Below, piece after piece: positions 18,690 through 29,456 of a DNA stretch of 64,000 nucleotides (positions are counted from its first letter, which is position 1; every line of letters begins with the position of its first letter). The position numbers were made by a program, and so were the translations under genes. Under the pieces are notes generated by a model. It was not told the origin of the DNA. It saw nothing but the letters and a program-made list of their open reading frames with translations, and did no database searches. Source of the DNA: Myxococcales bacterium (lineage in GTDB: Bacteria; Myxococcota_A; Polyangia; Polyangiales; DASUME01); NCBI GenBank assembly GCA_047601445.1, contig JASGJH010000001.1:3904001-3968000 (forward strand). Direction: 5' to 3'.

Positions 18690-21401
18690 ATGAACGCCCG
18701 AGCTGCACCGCAAGAGCACGCTATGGCTCGCCGCGAGGGCTGGCATGCACTCGACGCGCGCGCAGTCCTCGCGACCCTCGGGGTCACATTGGACGGCCTC
18801 TCAACGGGCGAGGCCGAGCGACGCTTGCAGGAAATCGGTCCCAACGCGTTGCCGGAGCGCCCACCGACCTCGGTGCTGCGGCTCTTCCTGCGCCAATTTC
18901 AGAGCCCCTTGATCTATCTGCTGTTCGTCGCGGCGGGCATCGCTTTCGCGCTCGGCGAACATACCGATGCAGCCGTCATCGTCGGCGTGCTCTTGCTGAA
19001 CGCCGTGGTGGGCGCCTTCCAAGAGGGTCGGGCCCAGCGGTCCATGGCGGCGCTCCTCTCGCTCGACAAGCTCGAGACGCGCGTGCTGCGCGATGGAACC
19101 GAGCGCGCCCTCTCATCGCGTGAGCTGGTACCCGGCGACATGCTCCTGCTCGCAGCAGGCGACGCCGTGCCCGCCGATGCGCGCGTGGTAGAGGCCGTGG
19201 GTCTCGAAGCCGCAGAGGCCGCGTTGACCGGAGAATCCGTGCCGGTCGCCAAGGCCGAGGAGGCGACGCCAACGGATGTGGGACTCGGCGAGCGAGCAAG
19301 CATGGTGTTCTCCGGCACCACGGTGACTGCCGGCCGTGCACGGGCCGTGGTCACTGCCACCGGCAACGCCACGGAGGTCGGTCGCGTGTTGCTGCTCGCG
19401 GAGCAGGTCGCCGATTCCGCGACCCCGCTCGAGCGCAGAATTCAGGCGCTCGGACACGGGCTGCTCTATGCGGGACTCGGCGCGTTCACGCTCGTGTTGA
19501 TCGCGGGCCTGTGGCGGCACCTGCCATGGAGCCAGGTCTTGATGATCGCGATCAGCCAATTGGTGTCGGTGATTCCAGAGGGGCTTCCGGTGGCGATGAC
19601 CATCGCGTTGGCCGTGGGAATGCAGCGCATGGCCGCGCGCGGAGCCGTGGTGCGTCGCCTCTCGGCAGTGGAATCGCTCGGCTCCACCACGGTGATTTGT
19701 ACCGACAAGACGGGCACCCTGACGCGCAACGAGATGACCGTGACCGAGGTGTGGCTGGCAGATGGTCGAACGCTCTCGGTCAGCGGCTCCGGCTATCGGC
19801 CCGACGGAGGCGTGACGCACGGCGAAACCAAGCTCGCCGCTCGCGACCCGCTCGTGACGCGCCTGTGCGAGGCCATCGTATTGTGCAACGACGCCACGCT
19901 GACCGTGACCCCCGCCGGCGTGCGGGCACTCGGCGACCCGACCGAGCTCGCCCTGCTCACCTTCGCGGCCAAGGCGGGCATCGACATCGACCAGCTCCGA
20001 AAGCGCGTGCCTCGCAGCGCCGAGCTCCCATTCGACTCGCGCACGAAGCTGATGGCGACCCAACACGGTCGTCGCATCGTCATCAAGGGAGCTCCCGAGG
20101 CCATCCTGGCCCTGTGCGGCAAGGCAGCGCTCGCCGAGGCTTGGGCCCCGAAGGAAGCGCGCGCCCACGCCGTGAGCATGGCCGACCAGGCGCTACGCGT
20201 GCTCGGGGTGGCGGAGCTCGAGGACGCCGAGCTTGGTCCAGACGGCTATGAATCCCTGCGCAGCAAGGCCTCGTTCTTGGGGCTCGTGGGACAGGTGGAC
20301 CCGCCGCGGCCGGAGGTCTCACCGGCCGTGGAGACGTGCCGACGCGCCGGCATTCGAACGCTGATGATCACCGGCGATCACAAGGCGACCGGGCTCGCCA
20401 TCGCCAGGCAGCTGGGCATTGGCACGGCCGCGGATGCCGCCATCGACCGTCGCCAGCTGGCCGACCTGAGCGACGAACAGCTGCTGGCCGAGCTGCCGAA
20501 GATCGCGGTGTTCGCCCGCGTGGAGCCCGCTGACAAGCTGCGCATCGTGGGGGCGTTGCAACGGAGCGCACAGGTGGTGGCCATGACGGGCGATGGCGTC
20601 AATGACGCGCCTGCCCTGGCCCAAGCGGACGTGGGTGTCGCCATGGGCCTCACGGGGACCGACGTGGCCAAGCAAGCTGCCGACATCGTGCTCACCGACG
20701 ACAACTTCACCACCATCGTCAGCGCGGTCGAGGAAGGTCGCATCGTTTTTCAGAACATCAAAAAGGTCATCCTGCTCTTGCTCTCCACGGGCTCGGCGGA
20801 GATCTTCGTGCTCCTGCTGGCGCTCGTGCTCGACTTTCCACCTCCCTTCGTCGCTGTCCAGATCCTCTGGAACAACGTGGTCACCGAGGGCACCATCACC
20901 GTCAATCTCACGATGGACCCGGCCTCGGGCGACGAGATGTCGCGGCCCCCCATCCCCGCCCACGCTACCATCGTCGATCGGGCTGCGCTGCTGCGACTGG
21001 CCTTGATGTCGCTCAGCATCACGGTGGTCACGCTCGGCTTCTTCGCCTTTCGACTCCACGGCGGGGTGGACTTCGAGCACACGCGCACCGCCACGTTCAC
21101 GCTGCTGGCGGTCTGCGAATGGTTCAACGTCTTGAACTGCCGCTCCGAAACGCGCAGCGCGCTGAACTTCGACTTCCTGCGCAACCATTGGCTGATGGGT
21201 GGGCTCGTCCTCTCGAACTTGCTGCAACTCGCGGTCGTCTACCTGCCGCCCCTCAACCGCACCTTCCACACCGTGCCCTTGCCCTTTTCGGAGTTCCTCT
21301 TGATCGGCGCATGGGGTTCCCTGGTGCTGTGGGTGGAGGAGGCCCGCAAGCTGTGGGTGCGCAGACGGTCCCGGACGCAGCGTTCGCTCGCCTCCGCCTG
21401 A
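18690..21401 (+). CDS. Type II cation-transporting P-type ATPase
   Basis: TGES, IPEGLP, DKTGTLT, KGAPE, TGDGVND; about 10 TM. Confidence 0.95.
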   Translation: MNARAAPQEHAMARREGWHALDARAVLATLGVTLDGLSTGEAERRLQEIGPNALPERPPTSVLRLFLRQFQSPLIYLLFVAAGIAFALGEHTDAAVIVGVLLLNAVVGAFQEGRAQRSMAALLSLDKLETRVLRDGTERALSSRELVPGDMLLLAAGDAVPADARVVEAVGLEAAEAALTGESVPVAKAEEATPTDVGLGERASMVFSGTTVTAGRARAVVTATGNATEVGRVLLLAEQVADSATPLERRIQALGHGLLYAGLGAFTLVLIAGLWRHLPWSQVLMIAISQLVSVIPEGLPVAMTIALAVGMQRMAARGAVVRRLSAVESLGSTTVICTDKTGTLTRNEMTVTEVWLADGRTLSVSGSGYRPDGGVTHGETKLAARDPLVTRLCEAIVLCNDATLTVTPAGVRALGDPTELALLTFAAKAGIDIDQLRKRVPRSAELPFDSRTKLMATQHGRRIVIKGAPEAILALCGKAALAEAWAPKEARAHAVSMADQALRVLGVAELEDAELGPDGYESLRSKASFLGLVGQVDPPRPEVSPAVETCRRAGIRTLMITGDHKATGLAIARQLGIGTAADAAIDRRQLADLSDEQLLAELPKIAVFARVEPADKLRIVGALQRSAQVVAMTGDGVNDAPALAQADVGVAMGLTGTDVAKQAADIVLTDDNFTTIVSAVEEGRIVFQNIKKVILLLLSTGSAEIFVLLLALVLDFPPPFVAVQILWNNVVTEGTITVNLTMDPASGDEMSRPPIPAHATIVDRAALLRLALMSLSITVVTLGFFAFRLHGGVDFEHTRTATFTLLAVCEWFNVLNCRSETRSALNFDFLRNHWLMGGLVLSNLLQLAVVYLPPLNRTFHTVPLPFSEFLLIGAWGSLVLWVEEARKLWVRRRSRTQRSLASA

Positions 21402-21584
21402 GTGCAGCCAAGGCGCTGGCCTCCCTCGCCTCGGAGTGGCGTCGAATTTGCGCTCGCCCGTGCAGGCCCGTGCAAATCCTGCGCCCTTGCACGAGCCCGA
21501 TGCGGGCTCGTGGAGCCATCACCTGCTCGCCCCCCTTTGCACAGGCATGCGTTGTCGGGCCCGAAACGAGCCACCCCTCCTCGC

Positions 21585-21599
21585 TGGCACGCCACCTGC
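21585..21599 (+). promoter_or_regulatory. Putative sigma54 promoter
   Basis: TGGCACG-CCAC-CTGC. Confidence 0.5.
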
Positions 21600-21613
21600 C
21601 TAAGGAGAAGATC

Positions 21614-22970
21614 ATGCAGCTCACCTTCGCCGGCGCGGCCGGCACCGTCACAGGCTCCCGCTACCTCCTGCAAACCCAGTCTGCGCGCGTCCTGATCGAC
21701 TGCGGACTCTTTCAGGGCCTCAAGTCCCTACGCGAGCGCAACTGGAGCCCACTCCCGTTCGAGCCGGCCAGCCTGGACGCGGTGATCATCACGCACGCGC
21801 ACATCGACCACTCGGGCTATCTGCCGAGGCTGGTAAGCGCCGGCTTCCGCGGCAAGATTCTGGTGCACCCGCGGGACAGCCGATCTGCTGCAGATTCTGC
21901 TGCCCGACTCGGGCCATCTCCAGGAAGAGGAGGCACGCCGGGCCAACCGCTACGAGTACGCCCACCACCATCCCGCGCTGCCGCTCTACACACGCGAAGA
22001 AGCCGAGCGCTGTTTGAGCCAGCTGTCCTGCGTGGACTTTCAGGCCAGTTTCAGCCCCCATCCGACCCTGCGATGCAGCTTCTCGCGCGCGGGCCACATT
22101 CTCGGCTCGGCCTGTCTGCAGCTCGAGGCGGAAGGCCGAACCCTCGGCTTCACGGGCGATGTCGGGCGCCCCAACGATCCCGTGATGCGACCTCCAGCAG
22201 CGCTCCCCCCGTGTAACTACCTGGTCATCGAGTCCACCTACGGTGACCGCCGGCATCCGAGCGAAGACGTCGACGAACGACTCGCCACGATCACCAACGC
22301 GACCATCGAGCGCGGCGGCACGCTGCTGATTCCAGCCTTCGCCGTCGGACGCACGCAGCATCTGTTGCACTTGCTCGCGCGCCTGCGCGAGCAGAAGCGC
22401 ATCCCGCAGGTCCCCATCTATCTGGATAGCCCGATGGCCATCGACGCCACCCAGCTCCTGCTGCGCTATCCCGGAGATCACTCGCTGACCCCGGCGGAGT
22501 GCGAGCGCCTCGGCAGCGTGGCGCACTGCACGGGAACACCCGACGAGTCGCGGCTCCTGGACCAGGACGGGGCGCCCAGAATCATCCTGTCGGCCAGCGG
22601 CATGGCCACAGGAGGACGCGTTCTGTACCATCTGCGACGCTACCTGCCGGAGCCTCAACACACGGTGCTCCTGGTGGGCTACCAGGCCAGCGGAACCCGC
22701 GGACGCTCCCTGCAGGAAGGCGCCGATGAGCTGAAGATTCACGGCCAATACGTGACCGTCCGCGCCCAGGTCGCTCACATCGACGGTCTCTCGGCCCACG
22801 CTGACTATGCCGAGCTGATCGATTGGCTCAAGCAGAGCGGCCTCGCCCCACGTCGCGTCTTCGTGACACATGGAGAACCGGGCCCCGCGGACGCCTTTCG
22901 GAGGCGTCTGCGCGATACGTTCTCATGGGACGTTCGCGTGCCCGAGCTCGGCAGCGTCGCGGAGTTGTAA
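21614..22970 (+). CDS. Metallo-beta-lactamase/beta-CASP RNA-processing nuclease, frameshifted at about 21858 in this sequence
   Basis: GTVTGS, DCGLFQG, HAHIDH, then in another frame GHILGSA, ESTYG, SAHAD, HGE; removing one base joins them (GKIWCTRGTADLL). Confidence 0.85.
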
Positions 22971-22995
22971 AGATCGCGGTGGATCCAAACGCGGT

Positions 22996-23011
22996 TGGCC
23001 CACTACTTGCT
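22996..23011 (+). promoter_or_regulatory. Putative sigma54 promoter of the lipoprotein-mlaEFD operon
   Basis: TGGCCCA-CTAC-TTGCT. Confidence 0.6.
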
Positions 23012-23024
23012 GATCTAGTGTGCG

Positions 23025-23549
23025 ATGGCGTTCCCTTCACGTCCCCGCCGCAGGCTGCTCGCTTCCGTGCTCATCGCATCGGCGCTGCTCTCGGGCTGCG
23101 CGTCTCGGACACGCTTCGACGGCACCCACGTGCGCAAAGAACAGGTGGATTACCAAGTGGGCTCGCTGCCCGCGGGCTGGCGCCGCGTGCACGTGAAGGG
23201 AAACGACCTGGCCTTCCACCGCTCCGCCAGCGGAACCATCTCGGTCAATGCCCGCTGCAAAGGCTACGACGACGTGCCCCCGCAGGTGCTGCTGAATCAG
23301 CTGCTGTTCGGCACCACGGATCGACGCTACCTGCTCGACGAAGAGGTCACCCTGGACGGCCGCGGCGCGCTCCATGCGGTCACCGAAGCCGAACTCGACG
23401 GGGTCCCGGTACGGCTCGAGAACTACCTCCTGTTGCGGTCCGGTTGCCTGTTCGACCTGGGCTACATCAGCAACCTGAGCGCCCCCGCCGCCGACGACTT
23501 CCACTACTTCGTGGAGCGCTTCCACGTGGAGGCCGTGCGCCATGACTGA
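23025..23549 (+). CDS. Lipoprotein of unknown function heading the Mla operon
   Basis: Lipobox LSGC; overlaps the mlaE start. Confidence 0.8.
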   Translation: MAFPSRPRRRLLASVLIASALLSGCASRTRFDGTHVRKEQVDYQVGSLPAGWRRVHVKGNDLAFHRSASGTISVNARCKGYDDVPPQVLLNQLLFGTTDRRYLLDEEVTLDGRGALHAVTEAELDGVPVRLENYLLLRSGCLFDLGYISNLSAPAADDFHYFVERFHVEAVRHD

Positions 23550-24348
23550 CGCCAGCAGCACCAGCGAAGTTCGCTTTGCGAACGGCTCGAGTCCGGTGAG
23601 CGACACACTGCGCCTGCTTGGTGGAGTCGCCCAACTCACCCGCGATGCACTGCGCGCCGCCCTGCGTCGGCCCTTCGAGTTCGGCGAGGTCGTGCGGCAA
23701 ATCAACCAGGTCGGCGCGCGATCCGTCACCATCGCGCTCCTCACTTCGGCCTTCTCCGCCATGGTGATTACGGTCCAGTTCGCCCTGCAGCTGTCGCGCT
23801 TCGGCGCCAAGAGCTGGGTCGGCAGCGTGGTGGGCGTCACCCTGGCCCGCGAGCTCGGGCCAGTGATGACGGCCTTGGTCGTTGGAGGTCGCGTCGGTGC
23901 GGGCATCGCCGCAGAGCTCGGCTCCATGGCGGTCACCGAGCAAATCGACGCGATCCGCGTGCTCGGCGCGGACCCCATACGTAAGCTGGTGGTGCCGCGT
24001 GTGATCGCCTGCATGGTGGTGCTTCCGCTGATGACCTCCATGGCCGTGGTGCTCGGCATCGTCGGGGGCGCGTTGATTGCGTCCATCGACTCCAACATCA
24101 GCTTCGCCCACTTCTACAACGCTGCCTGGCACGCCACCACCATGAACGACTTCTTGTCGGGGCTCGCGAAGACGGTCTTCTTCGGCTTCAACATCGCCAT
24201 CGTCTCGTGCCAGCTCGGGCTTCACACCCGCGGCGGGACAGCCGGCGTGGGCAGCGCGACCACGCGCTCCGTGGTGGTCACGTCGGTGATCACCCTGATC
24301 GGAGATTTCCTCCTGACCAAGTTGATTCTCACGCTGGATGGAGCCTGA
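23542..24348 (+). CDS. mlaE: MlaE-family ABC permease
   Basis: RELGPVMTAL..GRVGAGIAAELGSMAVTEQIDA; LVVPR. Confidence 0.95.
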   Translation: MTDASSTSEVRFANGSSPVSDTLRLLGGVAQLTRDALRAALRRPFEFGEVVRQINQVGARSVTIALLTSAFSAMVITVQFALQLSRFGAKSWVGSVVGVTLARELGPVMTALVVGGRVGAGIAAELGSMAVTEQIDAIRVLGADPIRKLVVPRVIACMVVLPLMTSMAVVLGIVGGALIASIDSNISFAHFYNAAWHATTMNDFLSGLAKTVFFGFNIAIVSCQLGLHTRGGTAGVGSATTRSVVVTSVITLIGDFLLTKLILTLDGA

Positions 24349-24349
24349 T

Positions 24350-25120
24350 ATGGACGGCGCTGAAGCCATCGTCTTCGAGCAGGTCTCGAAGTCATTCGGC
24401 GACAACGTGATCTACACCGGCCTGGATCTGCGGGTCCGAAGCGGTGAGATCCTCACCATCCTGGGCGGTAGCGGCTCGGGCAAGAGCGTGATGCTCAAGA
24501 TGATGCTCGGCCTCGTGAAGCCGGATCAGGGCCGCGTGCTGGTGGCCGGTGACGACCTGAACCAGCTCGGCGGGCAAGGCTTGCAGCAAGTGCGGCGCAA
24601 GGTCGGGATGCTGTTCCAAGGCAGCGCGCTCTTCGACTCGATGGACGTATTCGACAACGTGTCCTACGCCCTGGTGGAGCGCTGCAGCCACGACGAAGCC
24701 GCGGTTCGCGAGCGCGTGGCCCAGGTGCTGGAGATGGTGGGCTTGCCGGGCACCGAAGCGCTCATGCCGAACGAGCTTAGCGGCGGCATGAAGAAGCGCG
24801 TCGCGCTGGCCCGCGCGGTGGCCGAGGTCCCGGACATCCTCCTGTACGACGAGCCCACCACTGGGCTCGACCCCATGAACGTACGGCGCATCAGCGAGCT
24901 CATCTTGCGCCTGCGAGACGAGCTGCACGTGACTTCCATCGTGGTCACCCATGACCTCGCGAGCGCCTTCTTCGTGAGCGATCGACTCGCCATGCTGGCC
25001 GACCGGCGCATCACCGAAATCGACGAGCCGCAGGGCTTTCGCGAGAGCGCACGACCCGAGGTCCAGGAGTTTCTGGGGGCCATGCAGGTGGTCTCTTTCG
25101 AGCGGGAGAATCGGCCATGA
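24350..25120 (+). CDS. mlaF: MlaF/Mkl ABC ATPase
   Basis: GGSGSGKS, LSGGMKKRVALAR, YDEPTTGLDP. Confidence 0.93.
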   Translation: MDGAEAIVFEQVSKSFGDNVIYTGLDLRVRSGEILTILGGSGSGKSVMLKMMLGLVKPDQGRVLVAGDDLNQLGGQGLQQVRRKVGMLFQGSALFDSMDVFDNVSYALVERCSHDEAAVRERVAQVLEMVGLPGTEALMPNELSGGMKKRVALARAVAEVPDILLYDEPTTGLDPMNVRRISELILRLRDELHVTSIVVTHDLASAFFVSDRLAMLADRRITEIDEPQGFRESARPEVQEFLGAMQVVSFERENRP

Positions 25121-26241
25121 AGAAGGGCAAGGACGAAGCCCTGCGCGCAGGCATTTTCGTGCTCGCAGGCGTAGTCTTCCTCACCATCGCGATCTTCGCG
25201 CTAGGCCGCAAGAGCGCCCTGTTCAGCCGCACCACGACCCTGTACGCGAGCTTCGACGACCTCAGCGGCCTGACCGTGGGCACGCCCGTCAAGCTCGCGG
25301 GCTTGGAAATCGGCAGCGTGACCGCGCTCTCCTTCCCACCTGAGCTCGAGCGCAAGGAGACGCGGGTCCGCCTGGAAGTGCAGAGCAAGTACATGAGCCG
25401 CATCCGCTCCGACTCACGTGTGTTCATCGACTCGGCCGGCCTGCTCGGCGACAAGGTCGTGAACATCAGCATGGGCGACGCGAAGCGACCGATGCTCGAG
25501 GACGGTGATAGCCTGGCAGTCGGACGCAGTGTCTCGTTCGAACAAATTTCGGAGAATGCGGACCGTGTGATCCAATCGCTCGGTGACATCACGGCATCGC
25601 TGGACAACCTGATTCGCGATCAAGAGACCCAGGCCCTGCCTCGCGAGGCCTCGCGTGCAGCCAGCTCGCTCGCTCACATCTTGAGCGCCGTCGAGCACGG
25701 TCCCGGACTCGCGCATCGGGTCATCTACGACCCGGCCTACGCGGCGGACATGGAGAGCATCCTCGCGAGCACACGCGGGCTAGCGAAAAGCGCGGCCTCC
25801 GCGGTGGCGCGCGTCGATCACGTGGTAAATGAAGTGGAGCACGGCCAGGGCACGCTGCACGAGCTCGTCTATGGCGCGCAAGGCAAGCGTGCGCTCGACG
25901 AACTGGCGAACGCCGCCCACAGCATCGACGAGGTGGTCAGCCAGGTCCAGAGCGGGGACGGCGTGCTGCACACGCTCGTGTACAGCCAAGACAAGGGGAA
26001 CTTTCTCGAGGAGCTGAACCAAATGTCGGCCACCCTCAACCGCATCGTCCAAGACGTCGATCGCGGACGCGGCACGGTCGGCGGCCTGGTCCGAGATCCG
26101 ACCGTCTACGAAGATCTCAAGCGAACCCTCGGCGACGTCGAGCGCAACGTGATCTTCAAGGCGCTCGTGCGAATGACCGTGGACAAGGATCACCTGCGGC
26201 GCACCGAGCGCGCGCCGACGCCGGTGGAAACGACGCCGTAG
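25117..26241 (+). CDS. mlaD: MlaD/MCE protein with a long helical extension
   Basis: N-terminal TM, GLTVGTPVKLAGLEIGSV, GLLGDKVVNI; repeated GxG(T/L/V)xHxL(V/I)Y helical units. Confidence 0.9.
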   Translation: MKKGKDEALRAGIFVLAGVVFLTIAIFALGRKSALFSRTTTLYASFDDLSGLTVGTPVKLAGLEIGSVTALSFPPELERKETRVRLEVQSKYMSRIRSDSRVFIDSAGLLGDKVVNISMGDAKRPMLEDGDSLAVGRSVSFEQISENADRVIQSLGDITASLDNLIRDQETQALPREASRAASSLAHILSAVEHGPGLAHRVIYDPAYAADMESILASTRGLAKSAASAVARVDHVVNEVEHGQGTLHELVYGAQGKRALDELANAAHSIDEVVSQVQSGDGVLHTLVYSQDKGNFLEELNQMSATLNRIVQDVDRGRGTVGGLVRDPTVYEDLKRTLGDVERNVIFKALVRMTVDKDHLRRTERAPTPVETTP

Positions 26242-26260
26242 GAAGGGAGCGACAGGCGAC

Positions 26261-28609
26261 TCAAGCGTATTGGAACAACGCGTAGAGCTCGTCCTCTTGA
26301 GCGAAATGAAGCGTCAAGATTGCGTGCAACCCGTACAGCAGGCGGCGCACATCCCGCAAATCGGCGGCCCCCGGACCTTCGGGCGGGAGCTGCGCGACGA
26401 GCCGCCCGAACAGCCTGGCCAGCCGGCGGATTTCTTGATGCGTTTGGATCAAAGGCCCGGTGGGATCCTCATGGCCCAAGATCTTGCGGATCACCGGGTA
26501 GGCCGTCTGCTGTTCGTCCCGCTCATGGGGGAGGAGTTCTCGCTCGAGCAGGTCCCGTAGCGACGCCAGCTGTTGGAGCGCTTCCTGGGGCCGCAGCGTA
26601 TCGAGCCGCGTCGCCAGTGACGCGATATCGGCGACGTGGGGCGACAGACTGCGGTGGGCCATGGCGAGACCTCGTGAGAGCCGCTTGACTTGGGGCATTT
26701 TGGTCGCCCCCGGCAGCGGTCCCCCGAGTGCGCGCAACGCGTTCAGAATCACCAGCAAGTCGATTCCTTCCTGGAGGACTGCCCCCATCACCGGCGCGAT
26801 GTGACCTGCGCCGGCGAAGAGCATCGCGAGCACGGAGAGCCCCATACCCGCGAAGACACTCTGGCGTGCAATGGCGCGCGTCCTTTGCGCAATCGCGGTG
26901 GCACGCACGAGGCCATCGAGCTGATCGACCATCAAGACGATGTCCGCGGCCTCCGACGCCGCGGTCGCGCCGCGTGCCCCCATGGCGATGCCCACATCTG
27001 CGAGTGAGAGCGCGGGAGCGTCGTTGATGCCGTCTCCCAGCATGGCCGTGGGCCCCTCGGCGTGCACGGAGCGGACCACCTCGACCTTCTCCTCGGGCGC
27101 ACGCTCCGCAAATACGCGATCGACTCCGATGGCGTCGCCCACGAGATCCGCCACGTCCGGGTGATCGCCCGTGACCATGTACACTCGCTGCACGCCCAGC
27201 TTGCGCAGCGCGCGGATCGCGCGCGGAGCTTCGGGGCGAATCGGGTCTTGCAGGAGCAGAGCCCCTGCTACGTCGCCGTCGACTGCCACGAAAGCGCACG
27301 CCAATCCCTCGACGGACGTCCGCACCGAGATCGCGCGCAACTCGGCCCTACTTTGAGCGCCCGGCGCAACGTAGGAGAGCTGTCCGACGGCCACGCGACG
27401 CCCGTCCACCAGTCCACTCAGCCCGGCCCCCATGCGTTCCTGCACTCCCGAAGGAAAGGGAACCGACTCTCCGCGCCGACGCGCTTCCTCGAGGATCGCC
27501 GAGGCATAGGGATGCACGGAGAGCTGCTCCAGGGAGGCCGCCCAGGCGACGATCTGCGCCGGCGTCGATGCGCCAAAGGACTCCACTGCGATCACCTTCG
27601 GCCGCGCCATGGTGACGGTGCCCGTCTTGTCCAGGAGCAACACCCGTAGGTTGGCCAGCGTCTCGAGGGGACCTCCTCCTTTGACGATGATGCCTTGCCT
27701 GGCAGCTCGCGAGACTCCCGCCATGATGGCGGTGGGAGCGGCGAGAATGAGGGGACACGGCGTCGCAACCACCAGGACCGCGAGCGCTCGCGTCGGGCTG
27801 CCCGAAAGGAACCAGGCCGCGGCGGCGAGGGCCAAGGTCACGCCCAAGAAGCCGAGGGCGTAGCGATCGGCCAGGCGCACGAAGGGCGCCTTGGATTGCT
27901 CGGCGGCGCGCACCAGGCGCACGATGCCAGCGTAGGTGCTCTGGGCTGCCGGGGCCGTAACGCGCAGCTCGAAGGGGGCCGCCGTGTTGCTTCCTCCACT
28001 GCGCACCAGAGATCCCTGCTGGAGCAGCGTGGGTCGCGACTCTCCGGTCAACGCCGACTCGTCCACGAGCGCGGTCTCGGAGGTAAGCACGCCGTCCGCC
28101 GGCACAACCTCGCCGGGTTTGACCAGGAGCACATCGCCGATCGTGATGGCGTCGATGGCCAGGTCGACCAGGTCAGTGCTGGATCGGCGGTGTGCGATCC
28201 GGGGCGCCCGCTCGAGCAGCGCCCGCAATTCGCGCCTGGCGCGGGCGACTGCGAAACGCTCCATGGCGGCGCCGCCTGCCAGCATCACCGCGATGATGGC
28301 GCCGGCCAAATACTCTCCGAGCAGGAGCGCTCCAAGCATGGCGCACAGCGCGATCAGATCGACCCCGGCCTCACGGCGCCAGAGCTGCTTCACCACGGAG
28401 ATCAGCGTGCGAGCGAACACGCTGGCCGTCAGCGTGCCCCAGATCCAGTGCGCCGCGACTGGAGAGCCGACCATCGCGGCTCCTCCTGCCGCGAGGCCCA
28501 CCGTCGCCAGCGAGACCTCCAGCAGGCCAAAGCCAGATCCCGCTGCGCCGTCGTTGGACGCCTGGTTTGACCCGGGGCCGCGCCGAACCCATGTTCGCCG
28601 CAGCCTCAC
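26261..28609 (-). CDS. P1B-5 heavy-metal P-type ATPase with a C-terminal hemerythrin domain
   Basis: ATPCPL, DKTGT, HP, GDGIND, QEGID; tail HRSL..HERDE..HQEI..HFAQED; GTG start overlaps the upstream stop. Confidence 0.9.
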   Translation of the reverse strand: MRLRRTWVRRGPGSNQASNDGAAGSGFGLLEVSLATVGLAAGGAAMVGSPVAAHWIWGTLTASVFARTLISVVKQLWRREAGVDLIALCAMLGALLLGEYLAGAIIAVMLAGGAAMERFAVARARRELRALLERAPRIAHRRSSTDLVDLAIDAITIGDVLLVKPGEVVPADGVLTSETALVDESALTGESRPTLLQQGSLVRSGGSNTAAPFELRVTAPAAQSTYAGIVRLVRAAEQSKAPFVRLADRYALGFLGVTLALAAAAWFLSGSPTRALAVLVVATPCPLILAAPTAIMAGVSRAARQGIIVKGGGPLETLANLRVLLLDKTGTVTMARPKVIAVESFGASTPAQIVAWAASLEQLSVHPYASAILEEARRRGESVPFPSGVQERMGAGLSGLVDGRRVAVGQLSYVAPGAQSRAELRAISVRTSVEGLACAFVAVDGDVAGALLLQDPIRPEAPRAIRALRKLGVQRVYMVTGDHPDVADLVGDAIGVDRVFAERAPEEKVEVVRSVHAEGPTAMLGDGINDAPALSLADVGIAMGARGATAASEAADIVLMVDQLDGLVRATAIAQRTRAIARQSVFAGMGLSVLAMLFAGAGHIAPVMGAVLQEGIDLLVILNALRALGGPLPGATKMPQVKRLSRGLAMAHRSLSPHVADIASLATRLDTLRPQEALQQLASLRDLLERELLPHERDEQQTAYPVIRKILGHEDPTGPLIQTHQEIRRLARLFGRLVAQLPPEGPGAADLRDVRRLLYGLHAILTLHFAQEDELYALFQYA

Positions 28610-29424
28610 GTGGCGTCTCGTGCCGGGAAGCGTGCTTCTCCTTCGTAGCGTGTTGGATCCTCCAAATACGCTCGGAATGCGGCCAGCAGGCGCGCAATTT
28701 GTGCACCGTCCACGTAGCGATGGTCGATGGTCGCGGTGATCGGAAGCACGGGCCGCGCGACGACGCGATGTTCCACGACCCAGGGCCGTTCGCTGATCGC
28801 TCCGACCAACACCAACAGAGGCACGTCGTACATCCACGACAACGGGGAAAATCCGTGTGGTAACCCCAGCATGCCCACGCTGCTCACCATGGCACTCCCG
28901 AAGGGGCTCGCGTGCAATGCCAGCGCCGGCACATCGAGCTGCATACGCTCGGTCAAGAAGGTCGAGAGCTTCAGTGCGTAGCTCAAGCCTCGCTTCGGCA
29001 GTCGCTCCATGACCCACTTGGTGGTGGCGAATTCCGGATCGCCTCCAGCGCGTAGGCCGGCTGCGCGCACGTCGAGCTCGCGTGTCACCTCCGCGGCATG
29101 CAAGCGGTCCACGGCCTTGACCTTGACCCCGGAGAGGTCGCTACCCTGCCCCACCGCCGTAATGAAGAAGATGTCGATGCTCTGACGTGGGATGGCGTTC
29201 AGCCCGACGATTCGTGTGTTTAGCTCCGGGACCTCCTCCAACGCCCGCGCCACGGCGCGTCCTACCAACGCCGTAGGGGTCACATGCTGCCCCCGCTCGC
29301 GAGCCCGGTGCACGAAGTCCAGCACGGCAGTCGCGTCCAGATCGAGCTGCCCGTAAATCTGTGGATCATTGGGCGGAGGCCACATCGTCGCCGCGACCCG
29401 TCGCCAGCCCGTGAGTTTTGGCAT
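28606..29424 (-). CDS. Stand-alone 2-oxo-acid dehydrogenase E2-like acyltransferase catalytic domain
   Basis: DHRYVDG catalytic motif; no lipoyl or subunit-binding domain. Confidence 0.85.
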   Translation of the reverse strand: MPKLTGWRRVAATMWPPPNDPQIYGQLDLDATAVLDFVHRARERGQHVTPTALVGRAVARALEEVPELNTRIVGLNAIPRQSIDIFFITAVGQGSDLSGVKVKAVDRLHAAEVTRELDVRAAGLRAGGDPEFATTKWVMERLPKRGLSYALKLSTFLTERMQLDVPALALHASPFGSAMVSSVGMLGLPHGFSPLSWMYDVPLLVLVGAISERPWVVEHRVVARPVLPITATIDHRYVDGAQIARLLAAFRAYLEDPTRYEGEARFPARDAT

Positions 29425-29456
29425 GCCACCCTCCCCGCTCCGCCGAGCGCGACGCC

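Noticed and set aside
21437..21451. Second sigma54-like box TGGCGTC-GAAT-TTGC
   Set aside because: It lies among the candidate activator motifs, and 21585..21599 is better placed; cannot be fully excluded
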